Translations under genes and position numbers: made by a program
The notes under the pieces: model-generated
What the model was told of the DNA's origin: nothing
What the model saw: only the letters and a program-made list of their open reading frames with translations
Databases searched by the model: none
Source of the DNA: a virus
Taxonomy: Duplodnaviria > Caudoviricetes
Virus record (IMG/VR): IMGVR_UViG_3300031760_000001
Span: 128,001 to 192,000 of that record
Length of the DNA stretch: 64,000 bases
Reading direction: 5' to 3' (one strand)
Shown: positions 49,056 through 58,316 of the stretch, piece after piece
Numbering within the stretch: position 1 is the first letter of the stretch
How the letters are laid out: every line of letters begins with the position of its first letter

Positions 49056-50333
49056 ATGATACATTTTATAACAGAGGGTGGTAACGGAAACAAAGAATTA
49101 AAGACTCACCGCTGGTTTCTTCCAGACGGTGTACGCCACCATTTGGAAAAAGTCAGGGATGACAATAAAAAGGAAGAATTATCTAAAAACCATACCACAA
49201 AGGAGGCTTGGGACCACTTGGAGTTTATTCTTAACAGTGAGAAAGGTATCGCTTATAACGAAATGAAACGTATCAAAAACTGGTTTGACAAAAATTACAA
49301 CGCCACCAAAACAAAACAATATGAATTGTATGGTGGAAACATAATGAAGACTTGGGTTGAAAACCAGTTGAACAGCGCCACCCTGTATGTGAAAAAACAC
49401 AAGGAGGCACAACGTGCTATGGGTAAGGAAAACGCTTTCATAAAACCGCATGAAGCTGACAGGCAGAACACAGTATCAAAAGTTGATTCAAAAGTGCCTA
49501 CTTATAATCCAGCTACATTGAACAAACAAAACCGTCTTAAAGAATTATCAGATTTACATGAAAATAAGGTTATTGTTCTGGATGAATCACAGAGAATGAC
49601 CTTAAAGGAAGTGTTGAGCAATAAAATCAGAAGTGATTTTTTCCAGGAATTGGACACTTATGCTTCTGTTGAGGATTACGGTGATTGTTTCAAACTTTGC
49701 AGACAATATCTAGATTATGCGATAGGAAGAGGTTCATCCAGGGCGGTGTTTCAATTGGATGATGAAAAAGTCCTTAAATTAGCTATGAGTGAACAGGGTA
49801 TAGCTCAAAATAAGGCTGAAATAGACGCTTATCGAAAAACCACAAAATATAAAGACCTGTTCCCACGGATATTTAGCGTTGGCTATAATAACACTTATTT
49901 TATTACGGAGTATGTTTTACCATTAAATATATTATCTGGTTCACCACAGGGTGATAACTATGTTGATGATATATATAACTGTTTAGGTGTTTCAGAAAAT
50001 GAATATATGAAATTAACAGAAATCATTAAAAATAATACATTTGATAATAATGGCACTCTTAAAATGGAAGACCTTAAGGTAATGCCATTTGAAGGTACTA
50101 ACATGAGTGTATATGATTTCTTGAATATGAAAATGAAAGAAAATGCAAATTTTAATTTACTAATGCAATATCTACTTGATAATCCTAATTTGGCAGGTGA
50201 ATCATTCAAACAGCCAAATATGGGAATGACTAAGAGAAACGGAAAGGCCTGGATAGTTATTTTGGATAACGGATGGGACGGTGACGTTGCTCAGTTATAC
50301 AATTATCCTAATTTCGGTAAATTAAATGTTTAA
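49056..50333 (+). CDS. Two-domain protein with C-terminal protein-kinase-like domain
   Basis: G-loop IGRGSSRAVF, VLKLA, QNKAE, FITEYV, PNMG, ILDNG; ATG 49056 follows the upstream stop. Confidence 0.65.
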   Translation: MIHFITEGGNGNKELKTHRWFLPDGVRHHLEKVRDDNKKEELSKNHTTKEAWDHLEFILNSEKGIAYNEMKRIKNWFDKNYNATKTKQYELYGGNIMKTWVENQLNSATLYVKKHKEAQRAMGKENAFIKPHEADRQNTVSKVDSKVPTYNPATLNKQNRLKELSDLHENKVIVLDESQRMTLKEVLSNKIRSDFFQELDTYASVEDYGDCFKLCRQYLDYAIGRGSSRAVFQLDDEKVLKLAMSEQGIAQNKAEIDAYRKTTKYKDLFPRIFSVGYNNTYFITEYVLPLNILSGSPQGDNYVDDIYNCLGVSENEYMKLTEIIKNNTFDNNGTLKMEDLKVMPFEGTNMSVYDFLNMKMKENANFNLLMQYLLDNPNLAGESFKQPNMGMTKRNGKAWIVILDNGWDGDVAQLYNYPNFGKLNV

Positions 50334-50376
50334 ATAAACTATTTATTATAATAATAAGATATTAATACTATATAAA

Positions 50377-50751
50377 ATGAGAAGTTGTCTTGAAATTTAT
50401 TCAATGGATGCGCGTCACGTAATGGAAACACGCAGTGACTATACAAGAGTTAACCAATATTCAGAAACACACCCAGATGCTCTTGCTACTGGTGACAGAC
50501 AAGGTAAGGGTACTGGTCATGCAGGACATGGACACTGGTTGCCTCATTGCACATCACAAATCGGGGTTTTTGATTATTCAAACTTTGATACAGCAATAAC
50601 AAGCCATGCTGGTAACGATATGGATAATGAAGCCAGAAATATAGCTTTGACTAGAAGTTTGTACGGTCCTACAAATGCTTATAACCAGGGTGCAAATGCT
50701 GTTGACACCTCAATGAATGTGCTTGAAGGTCAGTTTGTTTTAATTGATTAA
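50377..50751 (+). CDS. Hypothetical (probable virion) protein
   Basis: 124 aa; TATTTAT at 50340-50346. Confidence 0.6.
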   Translation: MRSCLEIYSMDARHVMETRSDYTRVNQYSETHPDALATGDRQGKGTGHAGHGHWLPHCTSQIGVFDYSNFDTAITSHAGNDMDNEARNIALTRSLYGPTNAYNQGANAVDTSMNVLEGQFVLID

Positions 50752-50764
50752 AAAATGAATTAAT

Positions 50765-51688
50765 ATGGTCTTCGGCGGGTTGTTGGAACAGATATTGCTT
50801 AACGAATCAGCTTCTGTTGAGAATGTTGTAAAGGCTATGGATAACCATTCCAAGGTCATTATCAACTATCATAGTAACGGTGATGACAAGAATACTGGAA
50901 CACGTGTTATTGAGCCGATTACATATGGTCTGACAAAGGCTGGTAATCCTGTTATACGTGCATATCAACCATACGGTGACACAACCACCAGGACTCCTGG
51001 ATGGAAAATGTTCAGACTGGACAGGATTTCGTATTGGGAAGAGACAAAGGAAAAATTCTACAACGTTCCAAGTGTACCAGGACAAGAAGCAAACCTTGAC
51101 GGTGACGAAACAATGGCAACAGTCATCAAGTCATTCAGAAGCACAATGGGTAATGATGCGACAAACGGCGTGAATGTTGGTCCAAAGACAAAGGAGAAAG
51201 TGTATGCCAGAACATCAGGTGATGATACAGTCCAACTTGGAGCTCGAAACCTTAAAAGCCAGCAAAAGGGTATCAAGGCTGACATTGACAATAACAGGAA
51301 AGCCAATTCAAGTTTCAATATGTATACTAGCGGTACACAGGATGAAAAAGGTCCAAGAATCCCAGGTCAGAGTTACAAACCGAAAACAAACGGTTCAACT
51401 GAAGACGTTGACCCGAAAGAACTGGAAAGAGCAAGGGCACAGGTCAAATATGACACACCAGACGTTGACAACAAACTCAGTGACAAATACTGGAGTGACT
51501 ATGAACGCACATTAAGTCAGGAGGAACAAGACCAGATTGATATGGATATGAGAGATATGAATCGTCCAGACAGGAATATGAAGAGACGTGACGATAGATG
51601 GCAGTCCTCAACCGACAGTGGTTTCAAAAACAGGAAAGATTCAGGAAACAGAATATTATATAACATGGATAAAGAAAATAACAAATAA
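50765..51688 (+). CDS. Stand-alone WYL-domain protein with disordered C-terminus
   Basis: VIINY...GTRVIEPITYG...IRAYQ...GWKMFRLDRI. Confidence 0.8.
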   Translation: MVFGGLLEQILLNESASVENVVKAMDNHSKVIINYHSNGDDKNTGTRVIEPITYGLTKAGNPVIRAYQPYGDTTTRTPGWKMFRLDRISYWEETKEKFYNVPSVPGQEANLDGDETMATVIKSFRSTMGNDATNGVNVGPKTKEKVYARTSGDDTVQLGARNLKSQQKGIKADIDNNRKANSSFNMYTSGTQDEKGPRIPGQSYKPKTNGSTEDVDPKELERARAQVKYDTPDVDNKLSDKYWSDYERTLSQEEQDQIDMDMRDMNRPDRNMKRRDDRWQSSTDSGFKNRKDSGNRILYNMDKENNK

Positions 51689-51804
51689 AATAAATTAATA
51701 TAACGCAGACAATTTACCAATAAATGGAGGAGAAAATTGGTAAAAGTTAATAATTTTGATTTTTAATAAATCAAACATATATTAAATGATATAAGATTTA
51801 TATT

Positions 51805-52548
51805 ATGGCAAACGCAAAAAATTTATTAGATGCTGCAAAAAAACAGAAACAAAACGGTTCAAAACCCGCAGGGGCACAGAAACAACCCAGGCAAATGTTA
51901 CAGGAAGCATTTGTCTCAACTGATTTGAATGCCCTTGAAAATATGTATTTCAATCCACAGGAACAGAATAATGACCCCCTAAACGAGGCGTATGAGGTAT
52001 ATCCAAACGGTCAAAAACGTAAAGTGTATGACCCAGAGGAAGATATGAAAGAACTTGCATCATTCAACGTAAGCCAGGCAACATCAAAAATGCCAAAGGC
52101 TATCCTTGAGTCAATGATAAGAAACCCTTTGAATATGCCAACTGACCACATAGAGACAAGTGGCGACATTATGGATGAAGCACTACAGAACCGTACAATG
52201 GATATCCTTGACAAACTTGAAGCCAGGGATAGACAGGGTAAACCAACACAACAAAGGCAACAGCCACAGTCAGTCTATAATCAGCAAAGTTTGAATAAAG
52301 ACATTGACTATAACCTGGGCTCAGATATTGACTACAAGAAAATTGCTCAAATAATTGAAGCTGTTGTTGACAAGAAACTTGGACAATATAAACAGGTTCT
52401 TTTGAATGAATCCAGAAACGGTGGTCAGAATGCACCTAAAGTGTCGTTTCTTAAATTAGGTGATACATTTACCTTTATGGATGATGCTAACAATGTTTAT
52501 GAGTGCAAGATGGTTTATAAAGGAAAAGGTAAAGTTAAACAGAATTAA
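51805..52548 (+). CDS. Hypothetical Q-rich protein (possible scaffold/internal protein)
   Basis: LQE/LNE sites; KIAQIIEAVVDKKL...VLLNE. Confidence 0.6.
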   Translation: MANAKNLLDAAKKQKQNGSKPAGAQKQPRQMLQEAFVSTDLNALENMYFNPQEQNNDPLNEAYEVYPNGQKRKVYDPEEDMKELASFNVSQATSKMPKAILESMIRNPLNMPTDHIETSGDIMDEALQNRTMDILDKLEARDRQGKPTQQRQQPQSVYNQQSLNKDIDYNLGSDIDYKKIAQIIEAVVDKKLGQYKQVLLNESRNGGQNAPKVSFLKLGDTFTFMDDANNVYECKMVYKGKGKVKQN

Positions 52549-52590
52549 TACATAATCACTTTAGTTTTTTATTTTTATTATATTAATCGG

Positions 52591-52623
52591 ATGAATCGCT
52601 GGGAAGCGGTTCATTTTTTTTTT
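52591..52623 (+). terminator. Intrinsic terminator
   Basis: ATGAATCGCT-GGGA-AGCGGTTCAT followed by a long T run. Confidence 0.8.
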
Positions 52624-52650
52624 ACATGAAAATTTTTGTATATTATATAT

Positions 52651-53688
52651 ATGAGAATTCTAATTATAAATGCAGTTGAATGGCCGTTTAATGAAAACAG
52701 TCTAATTATAGCAGGTCTTGGTGGAAGCGAAACTTGGTGTGTTCAATTAGCAGAAGCTTTTAACAGAAAAAAACAAGATGTGACAGTTTTATGTTGTTGT
52801 GAAACACACCAAACACATTCAGGGGTGAAATATATAAATTATTATGAAATAAATAACGTACTTTCACAACAAAAATTTGATTTGATAATAATCAGTAGAC
52901 ATTATTCAAATTTATTGAGTGGGATTGATTATTATAAAACATCCGATAATGTTTTTATCCAAGCCCATGATTATGTTATTTCAGGTGACGATATAGATAA
53001 AATTAAAACTTTCCCTTGTTTCAAAGGCGTTTCAACTTTATCAGCTTACCAAGAAAGAAGTATTCATGCAAATTGTCATGTTGATTGGCGATATATGGTC
53101 AGAGTTGGTAACGGTATTGATTCAAATCTGTTTGAAAATTTGGATTTAAATCCAAATAACAAAAGATTGTTATTCAGTAGTAATCCATTAAGGGGTGGAT
53201 ATATTCTAAAAGATATTGTCATTCCAAAATTGATTAATAATGGTGTTGATACTGGTGTTGATTTTTGCTCGTATGACACAACTGTTGTAGAGCAAAACGA
53301 ATACACAAATGTTCTCGGAAGTCTGTCAAAAGAATCTCTATATAAAGAAATGTCCAATCGTTACTGTTGGTTTTATCCTGGGGTATTCAATGAAACGTTT
53401 TGTATTTCAATGATTGAAAATATTATGTGTGGAAATGATATAATAGCCCCATTGACTTATGGATTATCCTCTGTTATTGAACCGTTTGTAAATGACGTAA
53501 CAATGAAACACCGTTTTGATACTACTGAAGATGAATTCTGGATGGCGGTGGATGAAGCAAGTAATAGAATTAATGAATCGTTCTGTAATTACGAAAAAGG
53601 TGAAGAGTTAAGAAAAGAACTTAAAAACTACATATTGTCCAATTATACATGGGACATAATTGCAGATAAATGGTTGAAATTGATTTAA
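52651..53688 (+). CDS. Glycosyltransferase, GT-B fold (GT4-like)
   Basis: GLGGSETWCVQLAEAF, GNGID, LLFSSNPLRG, YPGVFNETFCISMIE, YTWDIIADKW. Confidence 0.88.
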   Translation: MRILIINAVEWPFNENSLIIAGLGGSETWCVQLAEAFNRKKQDVTVLCCCETHQTHSGVKYINYYEINNVLSQQKFDLIIISRHYSNLLSGIDYYKTSDNVFIQAHDYVISGDDIDKIKTFPCFKGVSTLSAYQERSIHANCHVDWRYMVRVGNGIDSNLFENLDLNPNNKRLLFSSNPLRGGYILKDIVIPKLINNGVDTGVDFCSYDTTVVEQNEYTNVLGSLSKESLYKEMSNRYCWFYPGVFNETFCISMIENIMCGNDIIAPLTYGLSSVIEPFVNDVTMKHRFDTTEDEFWMAVDEASNRINESFCNYEKGEELRKELKNYILSNYTWDIIADKWLKLI

Positions 53689-53716
53689 TATGTAAAAAAT
53701 TTTGTATATTAGAGGT

Positions 53717-54127
53717 ATGAGTAAGAATAGTCCATACATAAAAACCAAACTTCTTAAAAAACTTAAAAAAAGTGCAAGAAAAAGATATAAGTTTGAAGAA
53801 GTGTATACCAGAAACGAACAGCAACAGAGTGTACCTTTATATAGAGTCCTTGATACGATTTATGATTATGATGATTGTTATCGTGTTCAAAAAGAAACAA
53901 CCAATAAAGAAGAGGCTTGGAGTTTTTATTTATCAAAATACAGAGAGTTTATTTTTGAAAAATTAGACGACTATTACAAATATTGTAATAAAACGCCAAA
54001 AAGTATTCGTAAAAACCAAGAAACTAGATTGACTGCGGGTATAATTAGGCCAACAATTGATTTTCTTGTAAGGGATGAAAAAGTGATGTTAAAAATTAAA
54101 CAACAATCGAATAAAATTAAAATTTAA
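53717..54127 (+). CDS. Hypothetical basic protein
   Basis: ATG 53717 follows a TTGTATATT motif. Confidence 0.6.
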   Translation: MSKNSPYIKTKLLKKLKKSARKRYKFEEVYTRNEQQQSVPLYRVLDTIYDYDDCYRVQKETTNKEEAWSFYLSKYREFIFEKLDDYYKYCNKTPKSIRKNQETRLTAGIIRPTIDFLVRDEKVMLKIKQQSNKIKI

Positions 54128-54132
54128 ATCTT

Positions 54133-54756
54133 ATGTTAACAGAAGAAAAACTTAATGCAAATTACTTGAAATTTATCAATTACCTCCAGAAGTACAACTG
54201 CTACTCAGAGGATATGATGAAAGAACTTGGAGAAAAAATTAAATTGGCTCCTTATTCAATGGAGCGTGATATGGGTGGCGCTTATGATGGCGCTATGATT
54301 GATGTTACACTTAATACATTGTGTAAAATTGGTGCTCAGATTAATAACAATGCTATGGGTGCCAACGGTGGAGATAAAATTGCACACCCTTTGCTTGCTG
54401 TAAATAACAATATGCTCATGCGTGTGTTGCTTCTTATCAACATTGCAAAGGCTGAAATGTTTACTCCCAACAAAAGTGAGTGGCACAGAAAGAATCTTGG
54501 TCGAATGTATGAGTTTGTTGAAAACAAAACCAAACTTAAACTTGGTGCAAGAAGCCTTTATCTTTGTCAAAAGTACGGTATTCAACTTGAAGAGGAAGAG
54601 TTTGAGGCTTTCCTGACCATTGATAACCCAGATGACACTGGTGAGCGTTTCCAGTCACCTTTGTATACAATGGTTAAAGCAACCCAAATGTTTACTCTTG
54701 TTGAATTGAGACAGAAACAATTAGCTTTAAGTAAAACCGAAACACAAGAAATGTAA
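54133..54756 (+). CDS. HD-domain-like protein with degenerate active site
   Basis: APYS....GAYDGAMIDVTL and LLINIAKA align with APAS..HH...GGL..HSL and LLHDIGK; GARSLYL. Confidence 0.55.
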   Translation: MLTEEKLNANYLKFINYLQKYNCYSEDMMKELGEKIKLAPYSMERDMGGAYDGAMIDVTLNTLCKIGAQINNNAMGANGGDKIAHPLLAVNNNMLMRVLLLINIAKAEMFTPNKSEWHRKNLGRMYEFVENKTKLKLGARSLYLCQKYGIQLEEEEFEAFLTIDNPDDTGERFQSPLYTMVKATQMFTLVELRQKQLALSKTETQEM

Positions 54757-55070
54757 TGACTGAGTTAGAAAATATAATGGCTGAATGTTATCACCACAGT
54801 GCTGATAGAACCTTTCACTGGTGTGTTGAAAAACAGAAACCATGCACTTATCCAGATTGTAACATTTACAAAAAAAGAAAAACATTATCGGAAACGTTGA
54901 CTGAGCCAAAACCACTTGTTGGTTGTGTGAAATGTGGGAAAGAAATTGCAGGTCATATATACGGTAATATGTGCAGGGAAAGTGAAAGCTATTGTAAAGA
55001 ATGCTATGATAAACTAAGCCAGCAAGAAAAAGACTTATTAGACTGGCATTTTTCTTGTGATTGGTTTTAA
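54756..55070 (+). CDS. Cys-rich zinc-finger protein
   Basis: CVKCG...YCKECY plus N-terminal Cys residues. Confidence 0.6.
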   Translation: MTELENIMAECYHHSADRTFHWCVEKQKPCTYPDCNIYKKRKTLSETLTEPKPLVGCVKCGKEIAGHIYGNMCRESESYCKECYDKLSQQEKDLLDWHFSCDWF

Positions 55071-55091
55071 TAAAACAAAAAATTATATAAT

Positions 55092-55559
55092 ATGAATAAC
55101 CCTAAATTAAAAATATGTAATAAGTCACCACATGAGAATCCCAGTTATGCTAAACCTGGTGATAGTGGTATGGATTTAAGAGCATGGGTAACCAATGATG
55201 CACCGATAGCGATAGTATTAAAACCACTTGAACGTGCATTGATTCATACTGGTATCTATGTTGAAATACCTTATGGATATGAAATTCAAGTTAGACCTAA
55301 GAGTGGTCAGGCTTTGAAAAGAGGTTTAGTTGTACTTAATACCCCTGGAACGGTTGATGTGAATTATCGTGGTGAAATTTGTGTAATTGCAATCAATCTT
55401 TCAAATGAAGAGATTATAATTGAAGATGGTGAAAAGATTGCACAAATGGTGTTATGCCCAGTTCAGCATGAAGGTTTGGTTGATATAGAAGTTGTTGATG
55501 AAATTTCAACTGATACTGAACGAGGGTCTGGTGGATTCGGTCACACTGGTGTTCAATAA
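55092..55559 (+). CDS. dut: Trimeric dUTPase
   Basis: SGMDL, QVRPKSG, NTPGTVDVNYRGEI, KIAQMV, RGSGGFGHTG. Confidence 0.95.
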   Translation: MNNPKLKICNKSPHENPSYAKPGDSGMDLRAWVTNDAPIAIVLKPLERALIHTGIYVEIPYGYEIQVRPKSGQALKRGLVVLNTPGTVDVNYRGEICVIAINLSNEEIIIEDGEKIAQMVLCPVQHEGLVDIEVVDEISTDTERGSGGFGHTGVQ

Positions 55560-55581
55560 CTTTTAAATAATAATAAAAAAT

Positions 55582-55612
55582 AAAGCACTCTGATTTCAGG
55601 GTGCTTTTTTTT
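55582..55612 (+). terminator. Intrinsic terminator
   Basis: AAAGCACTCTGA-TT-TCAGGGTGCTTT followed by T run. Confidence 0.8.
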
Positions 55613-55678
55613 ATTTTTGTTTTTTTATCTATATTGTTATATATTAAGATTAAATAATAATATAAAACAGAATTTAAT

Positions 55679-56134
55679 ATGGGACTTTTAGATGATTACC
55701 AGAAAATGGTTGAAGAAGACGAAAAAAATTTGAATAACAACGCTCCAATGGACGGTCTTGAAATGACCGAGGAAGAAATGAAGGAATATGAAAAACGCCT
55801 TAATAAAATGCGTGAAGAAATCAAGAATAACGAGGATTGTGGGGTTGATTGTGAAAAAGCTTGGAATAAAGAAGTAAGACCTCTAGATAAATATAAAGAG
55901 GAAGATTTGAAAACTGATTATGTTAAGGTTACACCGATGGTTAAGAGAGCTTATTGCCCAGAATGTGGTAAAGAAATTATTAACCGTGGTCCTGTAATGT
56001 ACAATCCATTCAGTTTTGAGAAAACTTGCCCACATGTATGTGAGTGTGGTTGGAAGGGTGATTTGGAATATTCATACCCACGTGTTGTGTTTGTTACCGA
56101 GGATGGCACACAAATCGAGGCTTATGCAAAATAA
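55679..56134 (+). CDS. Zinc-ribbon protein
   Basis: CPECG...CECGW. Confidence 0.65.
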   Translation: MGLLDDYQKMVEEDEKNLNNNAPMDGLEMTEEEMKEYEKRLNKMREEIKNNEDCGVDCEKAWNKEVRPLDKYKEEDLKTDYVKVTPMVKRAYCPECGKEIINRGPVMYNPFSFEKTCPHVCECGWKGDLEYSYPRVVFVTEDGTQIEAYAK

Positions 56135-56152
56135 TTTGAAACAAATTTAAAT

Positions 56153-56758
56153 ATGACAATAGCAATTGACATTAATGATGTAATCAGGGATAATATGTTC
56201 CAGTTCAGGTACATTTACCAGAAATACATTGACAGTACTTTCGAAATTAACCTGGATGACATTGACACATACAATATGTTAGACCATTATCCTTTCGAGG
56301 ATGAAAGTGAACTTAACCAGTTCAAGTATCTTGACTACCCGTTTGAACTTTACGGTCGTGCCGAAGCTTGTGACAAGAGGCTTCCTTTCGCACTTAATGA
56401 TTATCTGGAAAAGACACTTAAAGACCTTGATGAGGTTCCTAATGTAATTTTGTTCTCGCCTTTTGAGATTGGTTTGACAATTCAGTCAACTTTTTCTTTC
56501 CTTTCAGCCAGGACAATCAGAGCCAGGGAAATTTATTTCCCGATTGACTCAATGACAATCTATGACCGTGCTGATGTCGTGATTACCGCACAGCCAAATC
56601 TTATTGAAAATTGCCCTGAGAACAAAACTGTCATCAAGGTTACCAAACCATATAACAAGGAAATTGAAACCAAATATTCATTTGATTCAATGATGGACAT
56701 TATCAATGACCCAAATGAAACACTTATTAAAATAATTGAAAATAAAATTGAAAAATAA
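56153..56758 (+). CDS. HAD-superfamily 5'(3')-nucleotidase-like protein
   Basis: N-terminal IAIDINDVIRD (motif I variant); C-terminal KPYN. Confidence 0.6.
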   Translation: MTIAIDINDVIRDNMFQFRYIYQKYIDSTFEINLDDIDTYNMLDHYPFEDESELNQFKYLDYPFELYGRAEACDKRLPFALNDYLEKTLKDLDEVPNVILFSPFEIGLTIQSTFSFLSARTIRAREIYFPIDSMTIYDRADVVITAQPNLIENCPENKTVIKVTKPYNKEIETKYSFDSMMDIINDPNETLIKIIENKIEK

Positions 56759-57144
56759 TGAATAGCAATTATTTGGAAATTGAAGGCAAATACTATGCCA
56801 TTGATATGGGTAAGGTTATTGAATTCATCAGTGAAAGTGAATCATCAACCCAGACTATAAACCAGTCATACGGCATACCTTTGACTGATGACGGAACTGT
56901 GGCTGGTGATATTAGGTTAATCAGTAAGGAAATTGCCGAAACAAAAGAATCGGTTGGTGAAAATATGTCTAACTTGAGATATTCAATGCTGACATATCTG
57001 TTGAATATTTTACTTTCACCACTATCGGACGGAAGTGGTAACGTTGTAGTGGCTGAAAGTATGAGAAGCTTGCATCTTGGACAGGTGATTTCATTTAACA
57101 CTCTGTTTGAGATGGGAATAATTTACGAAATTGAAAACAACTAA
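56758..57144 (+). CDS. Hypothetical protein
   Basis: 128 aa; translationally coupled at both ends. Confidence 0.65.
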   Translation: MNSNYLEIEGKYYAIDMGKVIEFISESESSTQTINQSYGIPLTDDGTVAGDIRLISKEIAETKESVGENMSNLRYSMLTYLLNILLSPLSDGSGNVVVAESMRSLHLGQVISFNTLFEMGIIYEIENN

Positions 57145-58316
57145 TGGCTACAAAAGAAGAAGCAATTAAGAGACTTGAAGATGAGATTAATAAATTAAAA
57201 AATAAGGATTTTAATATATTTTTCTTTACTGTTGACAGCAAAAACGTACCAAGCGGAAGTCTTGTGTATTCATACGAATTGGCTTTGTCGTTGAAGAAAC
57301 TTGGATATAATGTAACAATGTTGTATCAGTTGGAAAATGAAATGCATGATAGACAGAAAAAGAAATTGATTGAAAAGGGTACATATAACCCTATGGATGA
57401 TAACGTGTTCTGTGGTGTTGGTGACTGGATGGGTCAGGAATATGCAGACCTGCCACATTTGAACATTGCAAAGAAAAATGCATGGTCAGTATCACCATCG
57501 GATTTCCTTTTCATACCTGAAGCGTTTGCTAGTCTTATGTCACAGACTTATGTGTATAAAATCCCATGCCAACGATATGTTCTGTTATATAATTTTGATT
57601 ATGTTACGGATATGATACCTTTCGGTGCAAGCTGGATTAACTTTGGTATCAAGGATTGTGTCACAACCACCGATTTGCAAGCAAGGTTAATCGAGGATGT
57701 TATGCCTTATGTCAAAACAAATGTGATTAAACCATATATTCCAGAATATTTCCGTAAACCAGTCAAACCCAAAAACCTTGTTGTCAACGTTATTTCAAAA
57801 CGCCAGACAGATGTCAAGAAACTTATGAAGACTTTCTATTGGAAATATCCAGTGTATAAATTTGTTGCATTCAAAGACCTTAGGGGTATGACACGTGAAC
57901 ATTATGCTGATATGTTAAAAGAGGGTGCTATTACGGTATGGATTGACACAGAGACACCATTCGGTTTCGGTGCCCTTGAAGCAATGCGCTGTGACAACAT
58001 CGTAATCGGTAAACTTCCAGAGAATACACAAGAGTGGATGGTTGATGAGAACGATGAACTTCGTGACAATGTTATTTGGTTTGACAATATGACCGAACTT
58101 CCAGACCTTTTGGCTGATGTTGTAGGTTCCTGGATGCAGGATGAAATTCCACAGGTACTTTACACTGAAATGGAAAAGACCAACACAATGTACACCAAAA
58201 AGGAATGGGATGAAAATGTAGAGGTGTTCGTTAACCAAATGGTTGAAAGACGGCTCAACGAGTTCGAAGTATTCAAGAACAATATGTTTAATAAAGATAA
58301 AAAAGACGAAGAATAA
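57144..58316 (+). CDS. Glycosyltransferase, GT-B fold
   Basis: YELALSLKKLGYNV, FLFIPE, VWIDTETPFGFGALEAMRCDNIVIG. Confidence 0.8.
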   Translation: MATKEEAIKRLEDEINKLKNKDFNIFFFTVDSKNVPSGSLVYSYELALSLKKLGYNVTMLYQLENEMHDRQKKKLIEKGTYNPMDDNVFCGVGDWMGQEYADLPHLNIAKKNAWSVSPSDFLFIPEAFASLMSQTYVYKIPCQRYVLLYNFDYVTDMIPFGASWINFGIKDCVTTTDLQARLIEDVMPYVKTNVIKPYIPEYFRKPVKPKNLVVNVISKRQTDVKKLMKTFYWKYPVYKFVAFKDLRGMTREHYADMLKEGAITVWIDTETPFGFGALEAMRCDNIVIGKLPENTQEWMVDENDELRDNVIWFDNMTELPDLLADVVGSWMQDEIPQVLYTEMEKTNTMYTKKEWDENVEVFVNQMVERRLNEFEVFKNNMFNKDKKDEE

